Assembly (NCBI GenBank): GCA_965224465.1
Contig: OZ245049.1
Location: 3,780,001-3,812,000, forward strand
Reading direction: 5' to 3'
DNA from: Flavobacteriaceae bacterium
GTDB taxonomy: Bacteria > Bacteroidota > Bacteroidia > Flavobacteriales > Flavobacteriaceae
DNA length: 32,000 nt
This document shows positions 16,531-24,946 of the stretch, one piece after another. The position numbers and the translations under genes were made by a program. Each line of letters begins with the position of its first letter. Positions within the stretch are counted from its first letter, which is position 1. The notes beneath the pieces are model-generated. The model did not search any database, was not told where the DNA came from, and worked only from the letters and a program-made list of their open reading frames with translations.

Positions 16531-19428
16531 ATGCCTCACGATAAAAAGAAGAAGCCTTACGATTATTCAAAAGATGATGTAAAAAGGTCTAAAGGTAGCT
16601 ATCAAAAAGTAATTGTAGCCGACCAAAAAAAATTAGATACTGGTATTGTAAAGAAAAGAATTTATAAAAGGTATTATGTTTTTGAAATACAATTAAATCA
16701 AAAAGTTAACTTTAAATTAAAGGTTCTCAATGCAAAAAACATAAATGAAACTGGGCAAAATGTGTACTGGATATTTCAAGACTCAACGAATTTCGAAAAA
16801 CATGTATACGGATCTTTTGAAAGCCATGAAAATAAAAACGACTTTCAGACCCATTTAAATACTCTTAATATAGGTACTAAGTATGAAGTAGCATTTTTTG
16901 AAGATGGGAGTGAAAATCCAGATTATATACACTATACAGAGGAAAGTACAAAATGTATAGGGAAAAATTATCTACCTACAAACCCTTTTAAAAGTAATAG
17001 AAAAAAAAGAGAAGGAATACTTTTGGGTAGCGTATCATATACGCCAACAGTATTAGGAAAAGGATTATGGATAGAAGGTATTAATTATACTCCTGAGTTT
17101 GAAAGTCAAGGAGCATTTATGATTGCTGTTAGCGAACCACAGATACTTAATTTATATGTAGAAAAAAGATATCGCCCAGAAAAAATTGTTAGAGAATCAG
17201 GGGTTATTACAGATCAGGAAGATACCACTCATGTAACCCAAGAACTTACCTATGGTAATATGTTAGATATACATATAAACTTACACAATATATTAGATGA
17301 TTATACCTGTACTTTAGGCGTTTTTTATGAAGATACATCTATGAGTGAAGGTTACTCAAGAATTATAGATTTAGATCAGAATAAGAAAGACAATCCTTCT
17401 TTAGATTATAACCGAAAATTTATTGAAGAGTTAGTAGTTGATTTACGTTGGGCAGGTAGATCAAAACATAAAGAAGGAAAAGATGATGAAGATTCTCTGC
17501 AAGACTATAAAATGGTGCTTACGTTTAGACCAACAAATGCAGATGAAAAATCACATGCCAAAGACTACCCAATTATAACAAGAGAAATTACGTTTACCGT
17601 AAATTACAAAGGGAATTTTAGTTATGACGAGCATGAACCTAGTTATATAACGCAAGTAGTAAAAGTACATAAACCACCATTGGTAAGTCAATCGTTTGAG
17701 GACTGTAGATACACAAGTTTATCCCTTAAGATAGGAAATCAGCCCAAATTTAATCTTTTGTATGAAGAAAAAGATGGGTCATTATCAGGTAAGTGTACTG
17801 ACAATAAAACAGCCGTTTATCAATTGGTAGCTGGCAATGTAGGTAATGTTATTCCTGTACTCATTGAAATTGATGCAGAGGTTTCAACATGTGAAGATAG
17901 CACGCTAAAGCATCAAAACAATACCTTTAATATCGAAGATATTATTCCATTAGAATTTAAAAAAGGAAAAGGAGTTTGGAAATATATAAAAAACAAGAAT
18001 ATTTTTCCTGAAGTGCAACCCTTTACTTTGGTTGGGAAAATTACAGAAAGCAGCTTGGCGTTTAATGCAGCATACCCCTATCAAGCATGGAGTGAAAGTA
18101 CATTCTTATTTAAATACCTCACTTGGCAGATAGATCCAATAGAACTATTTATTGGTGTGCGTAGCTGTAGATATGTACGTACTCCCTCTATTTATATATA
18201 TCCTGATATGGTATGGTCATTACACTTTAATTATGGTATAAAAGAAAACGAGATCCTTTATTTTCAAAATAAAAAAGTAAACTTAATATTTGGCTATGCT
18301 AACTATATGGATTATATAAAAGATGCTGTCTTATGGATTTATGAACCGTTTAAAGAATATTTTGACACGTTTTTCCCAAATGGAAACCAAGATAAATTAG
18401 AAGAACTTGTTAAAGCACTTGGGCTAGATGATGCTAAAACCTATGCCAGATTAGGCTTACATGTAAGATATGATGGTGATAAAGAAATAGATTATACAGC
18501 CATAACAAGATATAAAGCTTATATGTACTATCTTATTTTTCAGTTTGTTATGGTTTCTCTTGCCGTAGATTTATTTATATTATATCTAACCAGAGGAAAA
18601 GCATTAGAGGGCAAAGCACTAAAATTACAGAGAACGTTAAAAAGGGTAAAGAAGAGAATAAAGTCTATAGAAGAAGCAACAGAACTGGAATTTGCAATAT
18701 TATACCCAAAAATCAATGCCAATGCAGGGATCTACCGAATATCACAAGAAAATGGTGAAATTGCAACCATTATAGAAGCGACCATACAAGCAAAACCATT
18801 AATAGGCTTAAATGTGAAGTGTAAATTTGATCTTAATGAGAAAAAAGGGGTAAGTTTAATTGATAAAAAAGGGAAAGAACATAAAATAAAAAAGTTTAAA
18901 TGGTTAGAAAAACTAGTAGCAACTTTTGAATTAGATGGTCAAATAAATACAGATATTAATATAAAGTACAATACCCATTCACAAAAATTTACTACCAATG
19001 AAAATGGTGTAAAGCAAGAGTTGAAAAACGGGTATATACTTAAGAATAAAGGATCTGTAGTTGGGTATGCTGAATTGAAAGGTAAAATTGTTCTACCTGT
19101 TTCTTCTAGGGCAAACGCAATTTCCTTACATATTACGGCTAGTGCTGATACTGATTTTGGATTTAGTGAAGCTAAGGTTTTTGGAATTGATACTATTGGG
19201 CCCTTTTTTAGAATAGAATATACAATCGAAGAGTTTTCTTTAAATGTTAATATAGATGTAGTAGCTAAAAAAGGAAGAAAAACTCTTTATGATATTAAAA
19301 AAGCATTTTTAGAATTTTTTGGAATTGATACTAATGAGGAAGGTTTTGAAAAAATGTTTTTTGAAGAAAAAAAAATATTACTCCCAAAATTGTATTTATT
19401 TGATCCTTTAAGACAATTTAAAAAATAA
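16531..19428 (+). CDS. Large uncharacterised protein (965 aa), candidate T6SS cargo effector
   Basis: Lies 8 nt downstream of the PAAR-like gene and 6 nt upstream of the lipoprotein array. No signal peptide. One strongly hydrophobic segment 'AYMYYLIFQFVMVSLAVDLFILYLT' (about nt 18517..18591) is followed by a basic stretch. No catalytic motif recognised. Confidence 0.8.
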   Translation: MPHDKKKKPYDYSKDDVKRSKGSYQKVIVADQKKLDTGIVKKRIYKRYYVFEIQLNQKVNFKLKVLNAKNINETGQNVYWIFQDSTNFEKHVYGSFESHENKNDFQTHLNTLNIGTKYEVAFFEDGSENPDYIHYTEESTKCIGKNYLPTNPFKSNRKKREGILLGSVSYTPTVLGKGLWIEGINYTPEFESQGAFMIAVSEPQILNLYVEKRYRPEKIVRESGVITDQEDTTHVTQELTYGNMLDIHINLHNILDDYTCTLGVFYEDTSMSEGYSRIIDLDQNKKDNPSLDYNRKFIEELVVDLRWAGRSKHKEGKDDEDSLQDYKMVLTFRPTNADEKSHAKDYPIITREITFTVNYKGNFSYDEHEPSYITQVVKVHKPPLVSQSFEDCRYTSLSLKIGNQPKFNLLYEEKDGSLSGKCTDNKTAVYQLVAGNVGNVIPVLIEIDAEVSTCEDSTLKHQNNTFNIEDIIPLEFKKGKGVWKYIKNKNIFPEVQPFTLVGKITESSLAFNAAYPYQAWSESTFLFKYLTWQIDPIELFIGVRSCRYVRTPSIYIYPDMVWSLHFNYGIKENEILYFQNKKVNLIFGYANYMDYIKDAVLWIYEPFKEYFDTFFPNGNQDKLEELVKALGLDDAKTYARLGLHVRYDGDKEIDYTAITRYKAYMYYLIFQFVMVSLAVDLFILYLTRGKALEGKALKLQRTLKRVKKRIKSIEEATELEFAILYPKINANAGIYRISQENGEIATIIEATIQAKPLIGLNVKCKFDLNEKKGVSLIDKKGKEHKIKKFKWLEKLVATFELDGQINTDINIKYNTHSQKFTTNENGVKQELKNGYILKNKGSVVGYAELKGKIVLPVSSRANAISLHITASADTDFGFSEAKVFGIDTIGPFFRIEYTIEEFSLNVNIDVVAKKGRKTLYDIKKAFLEFFGIDTNEEGFEKMFFEEKKILLPKLYLFDPLRQFKK

Positions 19429-19434
19429 AAATTT

Positions 19435-20508
19435 ATGAATTTTAAAATCTATTATCTCCTATTTGCTTTTTCATTTATAGGATGCTCACAAAATAAAAAA
19501 ACTGATACTTATACGATGAAATTAGATACTTATATAAATGACATATTAAAAAATGTTAAACATTCTATTGATGAAGAAGTGTTTTTTTTATCAATAAGAG
19601 CGTCAAAATCAACTTATAATATTCGGGTTAATGATATGTCGATTAAACAATCTTTTGATTATGAAGATGATAAAAAACAAAGGGTTTCACTAAACTTTCA
19701 TAATCTCAATAAAACATTTAAAAATTCAGGTAAACAAAGAATCTCTTTTAGTATTTATCCATTTAATAGAGACAGATTTAAAGCAAACGATAGAATAAAA
19801 ATTACTATTGAGAAATCAGATAAAACAGGTAATCTTACAGATTATATTGAATATAAGCCGAAAATGATTGACGATGCAGAAACTCCTGAGTTTACTGACA
19901 CAGAAGTGCATGAAGGAAGCTTTGAGTTTGAAGCAAAATTACCTTATAAAAAACAAATAGACTGGTCTGAGTCTAAAAGTTTAAAAGATCAAGAAAATAC
20001 AGAGCAAGAAGTACTAGAGGCGTATAAAGAAGTGATGAGATTATATGCAGAAGGAGATTTAGACAGTTTGTTAGAACTCTACAAACCTATTTTTCAAGAT
20101 GAGGCGCAGTCTGTATATGCAACTAAAGAAAAAGATTATAGGCTATCTTATGAATTAAACTGGGAACGTTTACATCCGTTTTTTTATAAATCAAAACCTA
20201 GATTAGATGCTGATTATGAATTAAAATTTTATGCAGACGGTAGATTGGTTACTTTAGAAAAGAAAAAAAACACGGCTTTAAGTTGTAACAAAAGTGCATT
20301 ATCCATCATATACGATAAAGATTTTGATAAATTCCCTGACAACTTGTTTGTAAGTGCCAAAGATTTAATAATGTTTGGAGATGGTACGATTCCGAAAAAA
20401 GAAATGGAAATATACTTATTCTTCTATAAACCAAAAGGATCAAATACTTTAAAATTAGCTACAGATATTTTTAGAAAAGAAAAATTATTAAATCCAATAG
20501 AAGATTAA
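19435..20508 (+). CDS. Array lipoprotein L1 (type A; putative immunity)
   Basis: 357 aa. MNFKIYYLLFAFSFIGCSQNKK is a lipobox. The conserved core 'GSFEFEAKLPYKKQIDWSES...EVLEAYKEVMRLYAEGDLDSLLELYKPIF' is shared with L2-L10. Confidence 0.85.
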   Translation: MNFKIYYLLFAFSFIGCSQNKKTDTYTMKLDTYINDILKNVKHSIDEEVFFLSIRASKSTYNIRVNDMSIKQSFDYEDDKKQRVSLNFHNLNKTFKNSGKQRISFSIYPFNRDRFKANDRIKITIEKSDKTGNLTDYIEYKPKMIDDAETPEFTDTEVHEGSFEFEAKLPYKKQIDWSESKSLKDQENTEQEVLEAYKEVMRLYAEGDLDSLLELYKPIFQDEAQSVYATKEKDYRLSYELNWERLHPFFYKSKPRLDADYELKFYADGRLVTLEKKKNTALSCNKSALSIIYDKDFDKFPDNLFVSAKDLIMFGDGTIPKKEMEIYLFFYKPKGSNTLKLATDIFRKEKLLNPIED

Positions 20509-21611
20509 TGAGATTAGGTAAACACATATTTCAGCATATAAAGATCGTTTTTGTGATGAGTCTTGTTTTTTGTACCGCATGTTCACAAACAAAAAATCAA
20601 AAAAAACTAGATAAAATGGCGACCAAAATAGACACTTATATAAACACCATATTAAAAAACGTAAAACACTATCCAGAAGAACCTGTTTATTTTATAGGTA
20701 GCACTGGTTCATATAAATACTACGAAATTAAGATAAATGATGTAATAGTCGTGCAAAACTATTTTTTAAAAGGTGAGGATACTTCTTCTCTTAGGAGATT
20801 TAGTAGTATCAACAATGCTCTTAATAAACAGGGCAAGCAAAAATTATCGTTTGCCCTCTTTCCTGAGGATGGTAAAACGTTTAAGTCCAATGATTGGGTT
20901 GAATTATCGATAGAAACTATGGATCAATTTAGAGAAACAAAAGAAATTTTCACGTTTGAACCTCCTATGAAATCTGATGGAGAAACCTCGGAGCATATTG
21001 GTTTAGAAAGCTATTCGGGAAGCTTTGAGTTTGAAGGAAAATTACCTTATAAAAAACAAATAGATTGGTCTGAATCTAATAGCTTAAAAGATCAAAAAAA
21101 CATAGAGCAAGAAGTGCTAGAGGCGTATAAAGAAGTGATGAGATTATATGCGGAAGGAGATTTAGACAGTTTGTTAGAACTCTACAAGCCTATTTTTCTA
21201 GACGAAGCACAGTCTGTATATGCTACTAAAGAAAAAGATTATAGGCTATCTTATGAATTAAACTGGGAACGTTTACATCCATTTTTTTATAAATCAAAAC
21301 CTACATTAGATGCGGATTATGAATTAAAATTTTATGCAGACGGTAGATTGGTTACTTTAGAAAAGAAAAAAAACACGGCTTTAAGTTATAACAAAAGTGC
21401 ATTATCCATCATATACGATAAAGATTTTGATAAATTCCCTGATGGCCTTACTAGAGCAAATAGGGATGTAGTAATGTTTGAAGATGTTGCCACTCCTAAA
21501 AAAGAAATGGAATTATACTTATTCTTCTATAAACCAAAAGGATCAAATACCTTAAAATTAGCTACAGATGTTTTTAGAGAGGAAGAATTATTAAATCCAA
21601 TAGAAGATTAA
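20508..21611 (+). CDS. Array lipoprotein L2 (type B)
   Basis: 367 aa. MRLGKHIFQHIKIVFVMSLVFCTACSQTK. The start ATG overlaps the L1 TAA by 1 nt. Confidence 0.85.
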   Translation: MRLGKHIFQHIKIVFVMSLVFCTACSQTKNQKKLDKMATKIDTYINTILKNVKHYPEEPVYFIGSTGSYKYYEIKINDVIVVQNYFLKGEDTSSLRRFSSINNALNKQGKQKLSFALFPEDGKTFKSNDWVELSIETMDQFRETKEIFTFEPPMKSDGETSEHIGLESYSGSFEFEGKLPYKKQIDWSESNSLKDQKNIEQEVLEAYKEVMRLYAEGDLDSLLELYKPIFLDEAQSVYATKEKDYRLSYELNWERLHPFFYKSKPTLDADYELKFYADGRLVTLEKKKNTALSYNKSALSIIYDKDFDKFPDGLTRANRDVVMFEDVATPKKEMELYLFFYKPKGSNTLKLATDVFREEELLNPIED

Positions 21612-22711
21612 TGAGATTAGGTAAACACATATTTCAGCATATAAAGATCGTTTTTGTGATGAGTCTTGTTTTTTGCACCGCTTGTGGGCAAACAAAAAAT
21701 CAAAAAAAACTAGATGAAATGGCTATCAAAATAGACACTTATATAAATACCATATTAAAAAATGTAAAACACTACCCAGAAGAACCTGTTTATTTAGTAG
21801 ATCTCTCTTCTCCATCAACATACTATGAAATTAAAGTAAATAATATAATAGTTGAGGAAAGTTATACAAATAATGAAGGGTCTTTTCCTATTAAATTATT
21901 TAGCAGTGTAAATGATGCTATCAATAAAGAAGGCAAGCAAAAAGTAACGTTTACTCTATTTCCTGCAGAAGATAAAACATTTAAATCTAATAGTTGGGTT
22001 GAAATATCTATAGAAACTATAAATCAATTTAGAGAAACAAAAGAAATTTTCACTTATGAACCTCCTATGAAATCTGATGGAGAAACCTCTGAACATATTG
22101 GTTTAGAAAGTTATTCGGGAAGCTTTGAGTTTGAAGCAAAATTACCTTATAAAAAACAAATAGATTGGTCTGAGTCTAAAAGCCTAAAAGAACAAAAAAA
22201 CATAGAACAAGAAGTGCTAGAGGCGTATAAAGAAGTAATGAGATTATATGCAGAAGGAGATATAGACAGTTTATTAGAACTCTATAAACCTATTTTTCAA
22301 GATGAGGCACAGTCTGTATATACTACTAAAGACAAAAAAGGTTGGGTAAATTACCGATTGAAATGGGAACGTTTACATCCATTTTTTTATAAATCAAAAC
22401 CTATATTAGATACTGATTATGAATTAAAATTTTATGCAGAGGGTAGATTAGTTACTTTAGAAAAGAAAAAAGATACTGCTTTAAGTTATAACAAAAGTGC
22501 ATTATCCATCATATACGATAAAGATTTTGATAAATTTACTGACAACTTATTTGTAAGTGCCAAAGATTTAATAATGTTTGGAGATGGTACGATTCCTAAA
22601 AAAGAAATGGAATTATACTTATTCTTTTATAAACCAAAAGGATCAAATACTTTAAAATTAGCTACAGATATTTTTAGAGAGGAAAAATTATTAAATCCAA
22701 TAGAAGATTAA
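21611..22711 (+). CDS. Array lipoprotein L3 (type B)
   Basis: 366 aa, TAATG overlap with L2. Carries the variant modules 'TTKDKKGWVNYRLKW' and 'FTDNLFVSAKDLIMFGDGTIP'. Confidence 0.85.
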   Translation: MRLGKHIFQHIKIVFVMSLVFCTACGQTKNQKKLDEMAIKIDTYINTILKNVKHYPEEPVYLVDLSSPSTYYEIKVNNIIVEESYTNNEGSFPIKLFSSVNDAINKEGKQKVTFTLFPAEDKTFKSNSWVEISIETINQFRETKEIFTYEPPMKSDGETSEHIGLESYSGSFEFEAKLPYKKQIDWSESKSLKEQKNIEQEVLEAYKEVMRLYAEGDIDSLLELYKPIFQDEAQSVYTTKDKKGWVNYRLKWERLHPFFYKSKPILDTDYELKFYAEGRLVTLEKKKDTALSYNKSALSIIYDKDFDKFTDNLFVSAKDLIMFGDGTIPKKEMELYLFFYKPKGSNTLKLATDIFREEKLLNPIED

Positions 22712-23811
22712 TGAGATTAGGTAAATACATATTTCAGCATATAAAGATCATTTTTTTGATGAGTCTTGTTTTTTGCACCGCATGTTCACAAACAAAAAAT
22801 CAAAAAAAACTAGATGAAATGGCTATCAAAATCGACACTTATATAAATACCATATTAAAAAACGTAAAACACTATCCAGAAGAACCTGTTTATTTTATAA
22901 GTAGCCCAGGTCCATATAAATACTACGAAATTAAAATAAATGATATTATAGTTATACAAAATTATTTTTCAAAAGGTGATGCCCCTTCTTATAGGAATTT
23001 TAGTAGTATCAACAATGCTCTTAATAAAAAGGGCAAGCAAAATTTAACGTTTACTCTATTCCCTTCAAAAGATAAAACGTTTCAGTCCAATGATTGGGTT
23101 GAGTTATCGATAGAAACTATGGATCAATTTAGAGAAAGAAAAGAAATTTTCACGTTTGAACCTCCTATGAAATCTGATGGAGAAACCTCGGAGCATATTG
23201 GTTTAGAAAGCTATTCGGGAAGCTTTGAGTTTGAAGCAAAATTACCTTATAAAAAACAAATAGATTGGTCTGAGTCTAAAAGTTTAAAAGATCAAAAAAA
23301 TACAGAGCAAGAAGTGCTAGAGGCGTATAAAGAAGTAATGAGATTATATGCAGAAGGAGATTTAGACAGTTTGTTAGAACTCTACAAACCTATTTTTCAA
23401 GATGAGGCGCAGTCTGTATATGCAACTAAAGAAAAAAAGAGTAGGCTAAGTTACCGATTAAACTGGGAACGTTTACATCCATTTTTTTATAAATCAAAAC
23501 CTACATTAGATGCTGATTATGAATTAAAATTTTATGCAGAGGGTAGATTGGTTACTTTAGAAAAGAAAAAAAACACGGCTTTAAGTTGTAACAAAAGTGC
23601 ATTATCCATCATATACGATAAAGATTTTGATAAATTCCCTGATGGCCTTACTAGAGCAAATAGGGATGTAGTAATGTTTGAAGATGTTGCCACTCCTAAA
23701 AAAGAAATGGAATTATACTTATTCTTCTATAAACCAAAAGGATCAAATACCTTAAAATTAGCTACAGATGTTTTTAGAGAGGAAGAATTATTAAATCCAA
23801 TAGAAGATTAA
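22711..23811 (+). CDS. Array lipoprotein L4 (type B)
   Basis: 366 aa, TAATG overlap. Carries the modules 'ATKEKKSRLSYRLNW' and 'FPDGLTRANRDVVMFEDVATP'. Same protein as L9 except three residues in the last 14 aa (DVFREEE vs DIFRKEK). Confidence 0.85.
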   Translation: MRLGKYIFQHIKIIFLMSLVFCTACSQTKNQKKLDEMAIKIDTYINTILKNVKHYPEEPVYFISSPGPYKYYEIKINDIIVIQNYFSKGDAPSYRNFSSINNALNKKGKQNLTFTLFPSKDKTFQSNDWVELSIETMDQFRERKEIFTFEPPMKSDGETSEHIGLESYSGSFEFEAKLPYKKQIDWSESKSLKDQKNTEQEVLEAYKEVMRLYAEGDLDSLLELYKPIFQDEAQSVYATKEKKSRLSYRLNWERLHPFFYKSKPTLDADYELKFYAEGRLVTLEKKKNTALSCNKSALSIIYDKDFDKFPDGLTRANRDVVMFEDVATPKKEMELYLFFYKPKGSNTLKLATDVFREEELLNPIED

Positions 23812-24878
23812 TGAGATTAGGTAAACACATATTTCAGTATATAAAGATCATTTTTGTGATGAGTCTTGTTTTTTGCACCGCTTGTGGGCAAACAAAAAAT
23901 CAAAAAAAACTAGATGAAATGGCTGTCAAAATAGACACTTATGTGAATACCATATTAAAAAATGTAAAGTATTACCCAGAAGAACCTGTTTATTTAGTGG
24001 ATCTCTCTTCTTCATCAGGATATTACGAAATTAAAATAAATGATGTAATAGTCGAGCAAAACTATTTCTCAAAAGGTGAGGACCCTTCTTCTTTTAGGAG
24101 ATTTAGTAGTATCAACAATGCTCTTAATAAACAGGGCAAGCAAAAAATATCGTTTGCCCTGTTTTCTGAGGAATATAAAACGTTTCAGTCCAATGATTGG
24201 CTTGATGTATCGATAGAAACGATGGATCAATTTAGAGAAACAAAAGAAATTTTCACGTTTGAGCCTCCTATGAAATCTGATGGAGAAACCTCGGAGCATA
24301 TTGGTTTAGAAAGCTATTCGGGAAGCTTTGAGTTTGAAGCAAAATTACCTTATAAAAAACAAATAGATTGGTCTGAGTCTAAAAGTTTAAAAGATCAAAA
24401 AAATACAGAGCAAGAAGTGTTAGAGGCGTATAAAGAAGTGATGAGATTATATGCAGAAGGAGATTTAGACAGTTTGTTAGAACTCTACAAACCTATTTTT
24501 CAAGATGAGGCGCAGTCTGTATATGCAACTAAAGAAAAAGATTATAGGGTCTCTTATGAATTAAACTGGGAACGTTTACATCCATTTTTTTATAAATCAA
24601 AACCTAGATTAGATGCGGATTATGAATTAAAATTTTATGCAGACGGTAGATTGGTTACTTTAGATAAGAAAAAAAACACGGCTTTAAGTTGTAACAAAAG
24701 TGCATTATCCATCATATACGATAAAGATTTTGATAAAATGCCTGATGGTACAAGGGTAAATATAAAATATTTAAAAATGTTTGAGGATGGTGTGGTGCCT
24801 AAAATGGAAATGGAAATATACTTATTCTTTTATAAACCAAAAGGATCAAATACTTTAAAATTAGCTACAGATATTTAA
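23811..24878 (+). CDS. Array lipoprotein L5 (type B, lacks the last ~11 conserved residues)
   Basis: 355 aa, ending '...LKLATDI*' where the other members continue 'FR.E.LLNPIED'. The 3' end is replaced by the effector-3' relic. Confidence 0.8.
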   Translation: MRLGKHIFQYIKIIFVMSLVFCTACGQTKNQKKLDEMAVKIDTYVNTILKNVKYYPEEPVYLVDLSSSSGYYEIKINDVIVEQNYFSKGEDPSSFRRFSSINNALNKQGKQKISFALFSEEYKTFQSNDWLDVSIETMDQFRETKEIFTFEPPMKSDGETSEHIGLESYSGSFEFEAKLPYKKQIDWSESKSLKDQKNTEQEVLEAYKEVMRLYAEGDLDSLLELYKPIFQDEAQSVYATKEKDYRVSYELNWERLHPFFYKSKPRLDADYELKFYADGRLVTLDKKKNTALSCNKSALSIIYDKDFDKMPDGTRVNIKYLKMFEDGVVPKMEMEIYLFFYKPKGSNTLKLATDI

Positions 24879-24940
24879 AGAAAAAAAAATTTTACTACCG
24901 AAAATTTATTTATTTGATCCATTAAGAAATTTTAAAACAA
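24877..24940 (+). pseudogene. Relic of the 3' end of a second (variant) copy of the 965-aa effector gene
   Basis: About 80% nt identity by hand alignment to 19363..19425. It translates as KEKKILLPKIYLFDPLRNFK, versus EEKKILLPKLYLFDPLRQFKK* at the end of ORF 16531..19428. It has the same spacing to the following lipoprotein start. Confidence 0.75.
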
Positions 24941-24946
24941 TTGAAA

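Noticed and set aside
16531-19428. Possible lipase or phospholipase identity of the 965-aa protein, because tandem lipoprotein immunity genes are known for Tle-type effectors
   Set aside because: No true GxSxG was found ('GSLSG' has the wrong spacing) and no HxKxxxxD motif. I found no support from the sequence alone, so the function is left unknown.
20590-20610. A7-A9 homopolymer tracts recurring in every array unit (for example 'caaaaaaaac' in the leader and 'gaaaaaaaacac' in the core) as phase-variation switches
   Set aside because: They encode conserved Lys-rich peptides (NQKKLD, EKKKNT) in an AT-rich genome. Tract lengths appear the same in all intact copies, so there is no evidence of slippage.
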